From Gekko japonicus (Eukaryota): 64,000 bases of DNA. Shown piece by piece: positions 11,537 to 24,582 of the stretch (its first letter is position 1; every line of letters starts with the position of its first letter). The position numbers were made by a program, and so were the translations under genes. The stretch is taken from NCBI RefSeq assembly GCF_001447785.1, contig NW_015171504.1, forward strand, positions 364,655 to 428,654, in the 5' to 3' direction. The notes beneath the pieces are model-generated. The model was given only the letters and a program-made list of their open reading frames with translations. It was not told the origin of the DNA and did no database searches.

Positions 11537-12549
11537 TAGTAAATAATACCGGAATATTCACTAAAAATCACCCCTGTGAAAACACTGAAGTGTGTTGAGT
11601 GTTGAGGGGGCCTTAGATACAGGGTTCAGATTATAAAATATGCGTACACTGAAGTGAATTAGGTGTGCAGAGATACATAGTTTTACCTCATGTACAATGA
11701 TGTGGTAGTAGGTTGCAGTGCTGTATGTCAGCTACATTTGGACAAAAACATATTTTCCCTAAATGATTTCAAAATACAGACCAGTTTTACTTGGAACATT
11801 TACTGTGAATAAACAAAATTAAATGGTGTCTTCCATCTTAGATGTGTAAACTGAAAACAGACACATGAATTTTCAGCATTACATTTGTTTTAAGTAGTAG
11901 TTTTTTGATTTAATGGAATGACTTTCTACAGTAGTGGGGTAAAAGTATAGCCCTTCCACCTTTAAAATGTTCAAATGGAAACAGCACTCTGTAACAGCTT
12001 TTACTAGTAATAAAAGACTACTTTTCTCTTAATGGAATAAATCATTGTGGGTCTAGCTTTGTGTTTCTGATGGGATGGAGGGTTAATATACTTAGGACAG
12101 AAAATGCATTTATTATAATGAACTTATTCCTTTATTTTAATTTTTTCATCTCATAAAATTTGTTTAACCAATATCCAGGAACACCAAAGTCATGATGCAC
12201 TGAGTTTAAATAAAGTCCTGTATTCACTTATTTCACCCAAGCATTTATCAATAACACACTAATAAACATACAGCTAATACTGGGCCTCCAAACTCCAGTT
12301 TGTCCATTACCTCCTCTCCCTAAAGCATGGACTATGAGCATAATTGTTCAAAAATTGCATAGGGATTTCTAGAGTTCATATTAAACCATTTTTATACCCA
12401 TGCCAACATTAGTAGTAAAAGTAAGTTTGAGAGTTTGTCTGTGTAAGTATTTTATAAACACCTAAGATGGTATGGGATGTACCAGCAGAATACCAGCTGG
12501 ATGTACCAGCATTTCTCCATGCCTGTTTTCCTGGGTAATTTGGTGGAGG

Positions 12550-12750
12550 TCAAGTCACAGCTGAGTTATGGCAACCCTATAGGGTTTTCAAGGCAAGAGA
12601 CAAACAGAGGTAGTTTGCCATTGCCTGCATCTGCAGAGCAACCCGGGATTTCCTTGGTGGTCTCCCATCCAAGTACTAATCAGGGCCAACCTTGCATAGC
12701 TTCCAGGATCTGATGAGATCAGACTAGCCCGGACCATCCAGGTCAGGGCC
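12550..12750 (-). mobile_element. 5S rRNA-derived SINE with BovB-like tail
   Basis: GTCTCCCATCCAAGTACTAATCAGGGCC...TAGCTTCC...GATCTGATGAGATC is the reverse complement of the 5S rRNA internal region. The tail GGGTTTTCAAGGCAAG...TTGCCATT is BovB-like. Confidence 0.75.
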
Positions 12751-12761
12751 AGTATAATTTA

Positions 12762-13110
12762 AAGGTAAAAGGTAAAGGTTTCCCTTGCTCGAAAGCTAGT
12801 CAAATCTGACACTAGAGGGCAGTGGTCATGTCTGTTTCCAAGCCGAAAAGCCAGCATTGTCCAAAGACATCTCCATGGTCATGCGGCCAGCATGACTAAA
12901 CACCGAGGTGCACAGAATGCTGTTACCTTCCCACCAAAGCAGTACCTATTGATCTACTTGCAATTTCTTGCTTTTGAACTGCTAGGTTGGCAGGAGCTGG
13001 AGCCAGAGGTGGGAGTTCACTCCATCACGCAGCACTCGGGTCTCAAACTGCCAAGCACCCGATCTTCCAGTCTGCAACTCAGTGTCTTAACTTCTGAGCC
13101 ACCGTGACCC
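12762..13110 (-). mobile_element. Sauria-type SINE, full length
   Basis: (AAAGGT)n tail, GCTGTTACCTTCCCACC...TACCTATT body and a tRNA-like head. TSD CAG(T/C)ATAATTTA. Confidence 0.88.
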
Positions 13111-13159
13111 CAGCATAATTTACTACATTGCTATTTGTTCTTCTGTCATCATATTAATT

Positions 13160-13378
13160 TATTTAGATATTTATATCCCACTTTTCTTTGCAGTGGGGAC
13201 CCAAGGTGGCATACAAATAATTTCCTTCCATTTATCTTCACAATGACAACCCTATGAGGTAGGTTAGGCTGAGAGAGCACATGACTGGCCCACAGTCAGC
13301 TAGCAAGCTTCCATGATAGAGTGGGGATTTAAACCTGCATCTCCCAGATGTTAGTCCAACATTCTAATCACTATATCA
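13160..13378 (-). mobile_element. CORE-type SINE (old Squam3/MIR-like)
   Basis: ACAACCCTATGAGGTAGG...TGACTGGCCCA...GGGATTTAAACC. Confidence 0.7.
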
Positions 13379-13670
13379 AGTTCCTTCTATATATAACACC
13401 GTGAATTAATAGGTGACACTGGGTAACACTTTCTCCAACTTTCAATAGTGGCTAACATAACCTCCCAACTGATCCTAAATGTCAGAGACACATCACTGGG
13501 ACAAGTTACGTGGCTGAAGGAGCAGAGAGCAATGTTTTCATTTCTCTGAAGTGGTGCAATTATTTTTTCTGCCTGTTTGTCACTGAGCTATATTTGCATT
13601 TTCTCCAAAGCACATGACAACACTGGGGAAAAATTAAGAAATGTTGTTCATTCTTCTAATTTCATTGCAG

Positions 13671-13761
13671 GTCTCAAGATATAACTACTTAGCACAAATT
13701 ACTGAGACACATATTATTATGAAGGGAGAATCCATTTCCCTGCTGATGTGTTGGGAGAAAG
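13671..13761 (+). CDS. Candidate internal exon (VSRYNYLAQITETHIIMKGESISLLMCWEK)
   Basis: Strong acceptor ttcttctaatttcattgcag and donor AAG|gtgagc. 91 bp, open only in phase 0, which is compatible with the 6185-6397 exon. Confidence 0.35.
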
Positions 13762-14318
13762 GTGAGCTTGCAAATATATGATACAAAATAAATAATCAGT
13801 GCTCTTCCCCAAACTTTTATTGTTTTATGCCATTAATTTATATGTTTATGTCCTTCAGATAACTGATTGGTTTAAATTTTCACTGTTTTCTTTGATAATG
13901 TGCAATAGGTTTAATGGATAACACTAAATTTGTTCTGCTAATCTCTCCCTGGAATTCAGTGTTACTGTCTGTACAATGCTTGAGATACTATGAAACATTG
14001 TTCATGGTGTATTCTTGATTCCCTTGGTAATCTTCCTGTTTTCTTATAATGGGGGCTGAATTGTTTTCTGTCAATGGAATGAGGCCTACACTACAGCACA
14101 GCTTCTTTTGTGGTGGTACTCATCAGTACTGAGTCCTGACACCTTGGGGGGTGGGAACTTGTGGAAATCAGAATTTTTTTTTAACCAAAACAACAACACA
14201 GCTCTACAATGTAGAATAAAGAACAGAATAAAGAATTCATCTCTGCAATCAGTAATCTGACAGTCAAACAAGTCAAAATAGAAATAGAAGCAAGAATAAA
14301 GTTTATAAAAGATGCATT

Positions 14319-14450
14319 NNNNNNNNNNNNNNNNNNNNNNNNNNNNNNNNNNNNNNNNNNNNNNNNNNNNNNNNNNNNNNNNNNNNNNNNNNNNNNNNNN
14401 NNNNNNNNNNNNNNNNNNNNNNNNNNNNNNNNNNNNNNNNNNNNNNNNNN
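14319..14450. other. Assembly gap (N)
   Basis: N run flanked by duplicated 188-bp sequence. Confidence 0.99.
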
Positions 14451-14899
14451 GAGTCCTGACACCTTGGGGGGTGGGAACTTGTGGAAATCAGAATTTTTTT
14501 TTAACCAAAACAACAACACAGCTCTACAATGTAGAATAAAGAACAGAATAAAGAATTCATCTCTGCAATCAGTAATCTGACAGTCAAACAAGTCAAAATA
14601 GAAATAGAAGCAAGAATAAAGTTTATAAAAGATGCATTGTAGCGTGATACATAGAAGAAGGAGGAGGAGGAGGAGGAGAAGAAGAAGAAGCCGCCGCCGC
14701 CATGATCCAGAGACACAGGCAGCTCAGTCCATGAATTCAGAGGTAGCTCTGTCATATATTTTTCAAACTACAGCAAATTTTCAAAAATAATGTTAAGGCA
14801 GGGCTTGTTGGATTGCATGCAATCATTAAATCAGTTTCCACAAATTAGTTTTGAAAGCTGATTCCTCTAGATTATTTATAAAATGATAAAATGTGTATT

Positions 14900-15122
14900 G
14901 GATTGCCAAACTCCCAGTGGGCTTGGAGAGCTCCTGGACTTACAACGGATCTCCAGACTGCAGGGAACAACTACCCTGAAGAAAATGGCTGCTTTGGTGG
15001 GTGATCTCTATAGCATTAAACCCTACTCTCTGGCATTAAACTTCTTCCCTCCCCAAACCCTTCCTTCCCAAGGCTCTACACTGAAATCATTAGGAACTTC
15101 CCAACCTGGAGTTGACAACCTT
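14900..15122. mobile_element. GGGTTGCCA-family MITE, degenerate
   Basis: GGATTGCCAA...GTTGACAACC termini and the shared family body. Confidence 0.65.
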
Positions 15123-15439
15123 TGATGTACAGGAGAGATTTACATTTTTTAAAAAAAAAAGTTATTTAGTTTTGTTATCTGCTGCTGAATGGTCCCATTT
15201 GAGTATAAAATTGCTTTAATAAAATCCATTACAATGGGAGGTATTCTGAAGAACAATCTAGGACAATGTTCAATCAAAGGATTGTTCTTATCTTGTGTTC
15301 ATTAATGATTAATCTTTTTATCATTCTCCATGCTCAATTAGGCTTGATTCAATTGAAACATGGAACTGTGGTATCAGTTGTAAGAGTTTACTACTCAACC
15401 AGCTTAATTTAACTTTTTTTGTATATCCAAATGTATTCA

Positions 15440-15467
15440 TAGATAGATAGATGATAGATAGATAGAC

Positions 15468-15517
<50 letters not shown>
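15440..15517. repeat. (GATA)n microsatellite
   Basis: Seen directly in the sequence. Confidence 0.97.
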
Positions 15518-15754
15518 GATATATCTTCAAACAACATGTAATGATCATAAAAGCCAACCAATTTTCTGACAAAATTTGATACTTATGAAAACAGGCTAGA
15601 AAATAGTTACATTTAGAAATAAACCAATGGATTGGGGGTGCAAATTTTCAGATGCAAGCAAGACTAATTAAAAGTAACTAAAAAGAGCCTGGCACTGTTA
15701 CTCTACACAGGGTTTCCAGAATGCACAAATACTATTACAATCAATCACTGCAAA

Positions 15755-16483
15755 TGTCATGTTCAGGGCACAGCCTGGCACTTTTACTCTACTCAGGATC
15801 TCAATCTTAATAAATCAAGGCAAGAAATAAGAGCAAGATCAACAAACCAGCACAGAGTCAGGGAGCCGAAGGTTCAATCCACAGGTTGGGGAACAGGAAG
15901 GTCTGGAATTCAGGGCGTAAGAGTTGGAAACCAAGGCAGGAGACAGGGTCTGGGGTTCTAGATGGAAAACCAAGCACAGATTAGCATAACAGGGTGCCAG
16001 GCAGCAAGGCAAGGTAGTAATCTGTTTACTGAGTGTGTCAGCTCACAGAGGGGTGGGTGAGTGAGGTTGCTTCCATGGCAAGCCTTGTTCAATGTGTTCT
16101 TTTTATCTGCCTCATTAGCTGACTCATCCCCCAAAGTGCAGGTATTGCTACTTACCAGATTGTCATTCCTACTCTTGTAATGAATCTGTTCCAGGAATTA
16201 GCTCTGATCACTGTTGTGCAGTTAAATGGGTGCTTCTTCATTTATCTCGGGCTGTCAAGCCCTCTCCATGTTCTGTGTTCAGCTGGCTCAGGGCAAGACT
16301 GATGCTCTGATGTCTGCCCCATTTCTTTTGTCTCCTGACAGAATGATCAACTCTCACTTCCTGATGCTTGTTTTGATTCCTCTGCTTCTAGATCCAGCTG
16401 CTTAGGCGGGCATTTCACTGGTGCAGGGCCTGATTCTTCCATTTCCTCATACTCAGAGGAAGAGGCAGCTGGCTGGCCCATGA
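15755..16483 (-). mobile_element. Solo-LTR-like element (TG...CA)
   Basis: Starts TGTCATG and ends CATGACA. Its right end is homologous, in inverted orientation, to 17535 onward. No clear TSD. Confidence 0.55.
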
Positions 16484-17178
16484 CACTCTTCTCTTTTATG
16501 TCTAAAAAAATCTGAATGTAATACATATCCATTTATGATAGTATTCTGGGGAAAATTATTCATAGAATTATTAGCTATCATTTATGAAGTTAAAGGTGCT
16601 GTGTAATTTTACTTGATTGTCTTGGCCTGAAAAATAACTTTCTCCCATTCTAAATGGGAAAAATTCTAAATAGGTCTACTCAGAAATAAGTTCTTTTTTA
16701 TTAAGTAAGGCTTATTACCAGGAAAGTGCCCTTAGCTTGCAACTATAGTGACAGAAGAACAATGAGTTAAAGTTCTTCCAAGTCCAAGTTCTTCCAAATG
16801 CAATCCAACCATCATTGTTCTGATCTGTACTTGCTCTTAGAATGTCTAGATTTTTCAGATTGCAAATAGTTCACATAAAACATCAAATTACTTTTAATGG
16901 ACTGTCACAAATAGCATTGTTTTACTCCATATAATTATATTTTATTTCTGAATCAGCAGCTTTGTGAATATATATGTATTTATTAAAATACTTCTAGATC
17001 ATTTCCCCCCACAAAAAAGTAGTCTGAAGGCAATTTTCAGTACATAATAGTTCCAATGCACATAACTTCTTAGTCACTTCAGTGAAACACAGGGTAGGAC
17101 CAAGCATCTTGTTTGCTCAATCTCATCCATTTCTTCTCCTTACTACAACTCCATCCACATAGTTTTTATCCATGCAGG

Positions 17179-17494
17179 CAGGGCCAGGTTAAGGTCAACT
17201 GATGCCCTAAGCACAGCCCAACAATGGTGCCCCTCAGCCCTTCCGTTGCTTAAATGACAAGTCATTAAGACTCAATAAGTGCTGAAAATGAAACAAGAGA
17301 TTAAAAATTCAGTTTTCTTCCTGGCTATCCCCAAGGCCAGACCCCACAACTATATTAAATGTAAACTTATTTTAAACATTTATTTAACACTAAATAGCAG
17401 TATGAAATATAAGCAAAATATTCTGTGGTGTGCCCCTTCCCTCGGTGCCCTAAGCACGTGCTTATTTTGCTTAAATATTTTGCATCCAGGTTTG
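17179..17494. mobile_element. hAT-type MITE
   Basis: Starts CAGGGCC. Perfect 8-bp TSD CATGCAGG at 17171-17178 and 17495-17502. Confidence 0.8.
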
Positions 17495-17534
17495 CATGCA
17501 GGTGCCATGATACCCAGCATAGTCTTTTTGATGG

Positions 17535-17830
17535 TGTCATGGGCCAGCCAGCTGCCACCTCCTTCTCCTTGGAGGAATCAGAAGAATCAGGCCCAACACT
17601 GATGGAATCCCCACCTGAGCAGCTGGGTACAGCAGCAGACACCACAGGGGAAGCACTGGGAAGCAAGAACACTTTCCAGTCATGCTCAGGCTGCTCAGTC
17701 TTCCAGGAGAAGCCGCGCTTCAGCCCGTCCCTTTCCACCCCGTGTGGCAGAGGCCAGAGTTTGACATTCTTGTTCCATTCACCCCCTCCATGCCTGCAGC
17801 CTCCCAAAGCTCATAGTGCTGTCCCTGGGA
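17535..17830 (+). mobile_element. Partial LTR-like element, same family as 15755-16483
   Basis: TGTCATGGGCCAGCCAGCTGCC...GAAGAATCAGGCCC is shared with the reverse complement of 16420-16483. Confidence 0.55.
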
Positions 17831-19984
17831 TCCCCCATTCACCCTGAACAGCATGGGGGGGGCATTTTGACTTCAGGAGAGAGAGCAAGACACACTTCAG
17901 GAACAGAAATCCTTCTGCTTGTGGAAATGTTCAGTAAGATCCAAGCCATTGTCATTTGGTTTATGATACAATTAAATCAGTTTATTAAAGGAAGCATAAT
18001 ATCACTGTGATGACAAACATTTAATGGAAACCAGCCTACATCTTTTTAGTGATATACAGAAAAGTTCATCATAAATGGTATGCAAATCATTTATAGAAAG
18101 GCTATATATTTTCCATTGTGACTTGTCTCCACTCCTGAAGTGAGATCTATCCTTTGTAAGTAATACTCCATTGAAAACCTCATACCATGAAAATATGAGT
18201 TAGTGCTACTTAACTATTTTTAATGAAGGGGAGAAAAACTTCTTAATTGCCGTTGGACTTCAGTATAAACCAAGAATCAAAGAGAGGGGGGAGTCATTTT
18301 TCAGTTAGAAAATTAATATTCATTAGGCAATAAATTGCCTATAAAACTGATTTAAACATGAAATCTGACCCAGAAATTAAGAGAGATAATAGACCAAACA
18401 ATACTTTTGCTAACAGTCTATGCAATTTTACTGTATGCAATCTTTAGCATCTTTCAGAACTCATTTTTTGTGAATGTACGCCTCAAAATATCTGAATTTC
18501 ATTCTGTAAGATGTATTTTGTCACTAAAGCTATAAGTATCAAAGAATTTGGTAGCAGTTACCCATGCATATTTTCTTTCATTTGATTTATTACTGAACAA
18601 TGGTCCATTGAATTCAATGGCAGCTATATGTATTATCTTCCAGAGATAGTACAAAATTCAGTGGGGCTTAAAACAGATGTTTATGGTTGACTTCATTATA
18701 CTGCACCGCTGGAAGTAAACACTCAAGGAGCCCTAGCATCCTGCCACCCAAATGTTGGAATTTTTTTCCAGGGCTACAAATGCTCTTGAGAAAAGCATCA
18801 ACTATTCCCAGTCCCCCCCTCGCCCCCGCAATTTCCTCTTATCTACCAGCATCAATGTCACAACAGATAATACTGAGAAATTTATTCATGGCTCTGCTTG
18901 ATCCAGGGATGCCATTGTGTGCGCCCTCACTTTCAAATATATTATCAATATATCGAACTCTCAACCTAACCCATATGCAGATACTGAAATCCACAAATTA
19001 AGGCCAGATGGAGAGAGAGGAGATTTTTCTGCAAATCTAAAAACTTAACCAGGAGGGGGGGGTAACCCCAGTGGAACTTCCCTGCACTTTTGCAGAACTG
19101 CTGCTGCTGCTACCTGGCCTGTGATCACTGCCCTTTAGCAGAGACACTAAGTGCAGGGGAGTTGGTAGCGGTACTGTGGGTGGGAGAAGGAGGAACTGCT
19201 GCTGCCATACCCAGCCTTCCATTACTGCTTGTCTGACAGTGATACAGCAGGCAGAGGGTGGAAGAACTCTTGATGGCACTGCTGCTGCCAGGTTTGCCAC
19301 CACTGCCTCTCCAGGAGCAGTGCTACAAGTGGGGGGGGAGCGAGCAGTGGTGCAGTGGGGGGGAGAAAGAGAGAGAAGAAGAGTGATGGGATAGATGACA
19401 AAGAAAAAGAGTGAGTGAGTGTGTGAGAGAGAAGGGGAGAGAGAGAAAGGGAGATAATGGGTAAGAGAGAGGGGAAGAAACAATGCCAGGGGGATGGGAT
19501 GGGGGCTTACACAAGTGTCTTGCTGGTCCCCGCTTGGAGGACACTATTGGTAAAGCCAGGCTGATGCCTGGACAATGGGAAGACAAAATAAAGAGGCTTA
19601 TAAGCCCAGCCCACCTCCTTCACACAGACATTTACAGTTTGTTGCTGCTGAGCCCTGCAGTGAAGAGTGAGTGCTGGCTGGCCTGCTGTTCCAACAGCCA
19701 GCTGACCTCCATGAGCACCCCTCACTTGGGCTTCAGTAGCACCTATTGGTTGACTCACTGGGTCTTACAGCTGGAAGGCAATGCAGGTGTAAAAGTCCCA
19801 TGGCTATCAGCCTGCCTGCTAAATTGCACCTTTCAGTTGGGCCGTGTAGTGTTTGGTGGTTGATGGTGGCTTCCTTCTAGGTGGGGGATAGGGTGCAGGC
19901 ACTTTGAATGCCCCATTGTCCACTACTTGCTTATATTTTCACTCAGTGCCCAACTGGCTGATTGGTTAACTACTGCACCTACCA

Positions 19985-20225
19985 GTAGTTTCCCCTCCCC
20001 ACAATAGACACCCTGTGAGGTAGGTGGGGATGAGAGAGCTCCTTTGAGAATTGTTCATGAGAGAACAGCTCTGGAAGAACTTGCAGCTGAGCCAAGGTCA
20101 CACCAGCAGCTGCATGTGGGGAATCAAACCTGGTTCTCCCAGATTAGAGTCCACATTCCTAACCACTACACCAAACTGACTCTCCTAACCACTATTGTTG
20201 TCTTAACTACCACACCAAACTGAAA
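19985..20225 (-). mobile_element. Squam3-like SINE
   Basis: CCCTGTGAGGTAGGTGGGG...GGGGAATCAAACCTGGTTCTCCCAGATTAGAGTC...ACCACTACACCAAACTG. Confidence 0.8.
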
Positions 20226-20389
20226 CTACAGGAGTAGTTCATACAGAAAGAAAACATGATACCTGACCTGTAATTAAATTTTTTTAAAGTGCCAATTAAT
20301 GCTTTTAGCATTATAACCATCCTTTATGTTCTAAAATCAAAGTCTGTTCATAGGTCTACTAATATTGCTCTGTCTGAATTGTGTGTATG

Positions 20390-20555
20390 TAAAGTGCAGT
20401 CAAGTTGCAGCTGACTTATGACTTTCAAGGCAAGTGAGAAGCAGAGATGGTTTGCCGTTGCCTTCCTCTGCAGAGTCTTCCTTGTTGGTCTCCCTTGCAA
20501 GTACCGACCCTGCTTAGCTTTCGAGATCTGACGAAATTGGGCTGTCTCATACTGC
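20390..20555 (-). mobile_element. 5S rRNA-derived SINE
   Basis: CCGACCCTGCTTAGCTTTCGAGATCTGACG (5S-like) plus a BovB-like tail. Confidence 0.7.
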
Positions 20556-21994
20556 CTCCCCTGTCTGAACTACAGAGAGGGTGTTTTTTTTTTTCTTTTT
20601 TGACAGTGGCAAACATTTTCAAAAGTCTGGGACAAACCTTTTAGGCACTTCACATTCTCGACTCATTGCATTTATCATTTAACAGTAAAAAGTCTTACTT
20701 TTTTCCCTTCCCTTAGTAGCTATTTTTTGCTACCACTATGACAGTTTGAATGTTAAGGACTAATGTTAAAATGAAAGGGCAAGAGCTACTGTCATCTGCT
20801 TAGAGGTTCCATCAACTATAAGACTGGCCTTGAAAATGACTAATAGGCTGTTTTTGAATTCAGAGATGATAAGTTAAGGTAATTGTTTTTATTAAGAAAA
20901 TAAGCTTCAGACCACTCTGGAGGAAATATTTTTTTCCCTCATTATATTTTGTTTTAAGAGTACAGCATGATAGAAGTGGATGATGGAAATTGCTTTTCCA
21001 AGCACTTTAGTGAAAATAATGTAATACTGTATGCTGAGAAAGGGAGTAAAGATGAAGTATTCAAATATTATTTGAGTATTCATGGAATCCTTAACAGCTC
21101 TGAAAACTGATAAATGGCTGTAGCCCACAGTAGCATTCCATTGTAACTGTTGGTGTCAGTACAAAACTTTTTTCTGTCTAAAAATTGACTCCAACCATAG
21201 AACAGCCATTTCATAGCAGTGGTCACTTTGCATTGGAAAGCTATTTGCTGAAACGCATAGTCAGAAGGATCACAGCTTTCCCTGGGCTATAGTATTTCTA
21301 CTACTAGTAGTAGTAGCACTACTTCTCCTAGTGATTGTACTAGTACTACTAGTACAGCTGTACTACTAATGCAATTGAAGTGATTATTTTTTCTCTTCCA
21401 TGTATATGAAAACTGCATAAAAACCTGCCCAAGGAAACAAACATTTTAGAAAAGCAGCCAAACCAGAGCCCTTTTCCTTTTATATAGTAACCTTATTGGT
21501 CCAGAAAGTTTTCTGTCCAAAGAGACATTCAAATATACAATAACACTATTTGTATGAAGCATGCCAATGCCATTGTATAAAATCATAATACAGGTAGCTT
21601 AGCAATAGCCAGGGGAGAAGCGGAACTGGAACTCATAAAGCCCTTTTTAAACAAGAATTTCATACCTCAAAGAACAATTTCCAAGGTGTCCTTGGAACTA
21701 TCTCACAACAACAGTGCCAGATGCTAGATTAATAGTGCAGTGTAAAGGAAATCCAAGTCAATATGGTTTCCTTTTGTGTTCATGGAGCTATTTGGTCCCA
21801 ATACAGGAAAGACCTGAACAACATCTAACAGTTTTGAGTGGCACCTGGTGGATATTCCCTGCAGATTAAAAATTGGCCAGAACTACTGGTATGCCACATC
21901 TGTGATACAGCTATTTTTATGGGAAAAGGCAAATATACTATTTATGTTCCCAAAACAGCCATGCAGCTAGGGTAATGTGTGAGTGTATTTTATA

Positions 21995-22197
21995 GCTATT
22001 TATATCCTGCTTTTCTCCCCAATGAGAACCCAAAACAATTTACAACATTACCCCCTGCTCAATTTTATACACACAACAACCCTATAAAGGAAATTGACTG
22101 GCTCAAGTCCGCCCAGCAAGCTCCCATGGCAGAGTGACTATTTGAACCTGAACCTCCTAGATCCTAGGTTGACACTGACCATTACACCACATTGACT
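21995..22197 (-). mobile_element. Old CORE-type SINE
   Basis: ACAACAACCCT...TGACTGGCTCAAG...TTTGAACCTG...ACCATTACACCAC. Confidence 0.65.
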
Positions 22198-22469
22198 TGG
22201 TGAAGGAAGAATGAAGCCCAGGTATGGATTAATTAACATGGAGTACAGGGGTGTGATCTTTTGCATTTTGCGTCATACAGATTCCAATTTATAGGCTGAA
22301 TGAGATCAAAGTTCCATTTTCCCTTACCTCCAAGGGCTAATAAGCATTAATTATAGAATAAAGATAGTTAAAAATAGCTAAGACAGTTCAGTTAAGAGAG
22401 CATAACATGGAAATAAAACATATGCCCAAATATACATGATAGATTCATTAAGACCTTGGCAAAAAGTAT

Positions 22470-22674
22470 AGGTAAACTAAAATAAGCAGTTCAGTCTGTC
22501 TTTTGATTTAAAGGACTCCCTGTCCTTGCAGTTTATCACTGCTTCTGGAAGAATATAAACATGGAACTGGGTTTAGGTAAACTAAAATAATCAGTTCAGT
22601 CTGTCTTTTGATTTAAAGGATTCCCTGCCCTTGCAGTTTATCAATGCTTCTGGAAGAATATAAACATGGAACTG
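22470..22674. repeat. Tandem duplication, 2 x ~105 bp
   Basis: AGGTAAACTAAAATAA...CATGGAACTG at 22470 and 22575, with about 4 mismatches. Confidence 0.93.
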
Positions 22675-23018
22675 CTGTCCCAAAATATGGCAACTGAACA
22701 TTTATTTATTAATTCATTTATTTGATTGATTGATTGATTGATTTGTACCCTGCCCTCCCTGCTGGAGCAGGCTGAGGGCATCTTATATAAAGTTACAGGA
22801 GAAACAACACTATAAATACAACAATATAAATATCAGAATAAAACACAGCATAAAAGCACTTTGGGCCTTTTATACATTTCTGTGTATATACTGAATCAGA
22901 AACAGTCTCTGGAACCTACTTCTGATCCTTTATCAAGCAATAGTGTCTTTTCTGTGTATATTAAGTCACTCTAGATTTCTTAAATTCAAGAAGGCATATT
23001 GGGAAGTAGTGTGACTTG

Positions 23019-23549
23019 GGCTGCGGTCACTCACACCATTTGGTGCTGAGAGGAAGCAAGTCCCCCAGTGGAAATTGGCATGGTGTTGCAAGATCACACA
23101 TCCTTCATAGTTGTGGGCTCAGCCCATCACTGCCCAATCAGACAGTACTTTCTAGCAAGTAGGGGGATTTGTTTGCCTTTTGTTTCCGATGTGCATAAGC
23201 AAGGAATCACACCTCCACACTGAGAGCTCGCCATGGAGTATGCGATTATGCGCATACTGCTAAGCAAGGGAGACAAAATGGTTACGGAGTCGGGATGGAA
23301 TGAGCAAACCATCCTGATGGCATGAGAGCATGCTTGAGCAATCAGAAAGGGGAAAGTCTATCTATAGCCCTTTGGCAAGCATTAAGACCAGACTTTCCCT
23401 GGTGTCTTTTAACTCCGCTTCTATGGCAGAGCAGCATGGGGTGCCGACGACTGCAGGACCTTTCCTAGATGTTGCAGTTTGATCGTGTCCTTTAGATCCA
23501 TCAGGCATTCCCAGTGGAGTTGGATCTAAAGGCACGTCTGACCACAGCC
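23019..23549. mobile_element. Non-autonomous DNA transposon with 3-bp TSD (Harbinger-like)
   Basis: TIR GGCTGCGGTCA / TGACCACAGCC, with TTG on both sides. Confidence 0.55.
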
Positions 23550-24582
23550 TTGGATTCAGTGTAAATAAAACCGAACCAATTCAAACACATATTTGGTGTA
23601 CCCCCCAATTTGATGTAATTCTGGGTAATTACAGAAACAGAATTTGTAACATTCTTTTAAAAGATCTGACCTGTACTTAAGCAAGCTGGTATTACCTTCT
23701 CTAAATGAACAGATGACTCATGAGCCATTTGGGTGTAAATTTGGAGTACCTTTCCTAGAACAGATGACAGATTTACAGTATTACAGATGGGCATTGGGCA
23801 TTTGACTCATGATTTCTTGGGCAGATTGGGCATTTTGACTCATGCATCCTATAGCCATCATAACTTCTTGTTCTGTTGTACATATCTACCTACTCCTTTG
23901 GCAGAGTGCACCATTCTATATCACTTCCACACTAACATAAGCTGCAAGATATCTTGATGGGTGCGGCCAAGGTTGGTGGCTGCTGGTTGAGCAGCAGCTG
24001 AATGATCACATTGAGGAAAAACTTTCATGTTTTTAGAGAAGGACATTTTGTAAGATGTTCCTTTCAACTACTGGTGGGGAATCTGCAAAAATTAAAAGTC
24101 TAACCTATAGCAAAATAAACTTTTACAGAAGTCAGAACTAACAAGGACTTTTAAAATTAGTAATTCCTAATACACGGGAAATAAAAAAATATCCATCTCT
24201 CACTCTGCTTTCTCAACTAGCTTTAGTGCAGGCTCAATACAAGAATTACTACAGAGCAGAGTCTTGTGTGAACCTTTTTTTTTTCAAATGAGCTATGGAA
24301 AGGGGAATGAGATCTCTGGCTACTAAAGTGGTGCGTAGTATTGACTGGGGTGGAACTCATGGCATTTCTACTTTTAATTTCCATAGCCTTCTTTTAAGTT
24401 CACATTAGCATCCAACTGTATTGATTATTTCTAATTTCTGACAAGTTACTCTTTTCTGTTAAGGGCAGGCAAGCTCTGTGTTTCTTTTCTGTTTGAACCA
24501 ATTTTAGATTATAAGTATGGAATGATTTCACTTCTCTTTTAAAGCCTCAGTGGTAAATGATAAAACTTTCCTTCTTTTCTAG

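Noticed and set aside
12655-12750. 5S rRNA gene
   Set aside because: It is partial, diverged, fused to a LINE-like tail and dispersed in several copies, so it is a SINE.
14131-14638. 188-bp direct repeat
   Set aside because: The identical copies sit directly either side of an N gap, which is typical of unmerged contig overlap (assembly artefact).
17279-19863. Several 100-150-aa ORFs
   Set aside because: They lie in GC-rich or low-complexity repeat-like DNA, overlap on both strands, and show no domain motifs.
21290-21370. Short palindromes (CTACTACTAGTAGTAG and similar)
   Set aside because: Low-complexity TAC/GTA slippage with no further structure.
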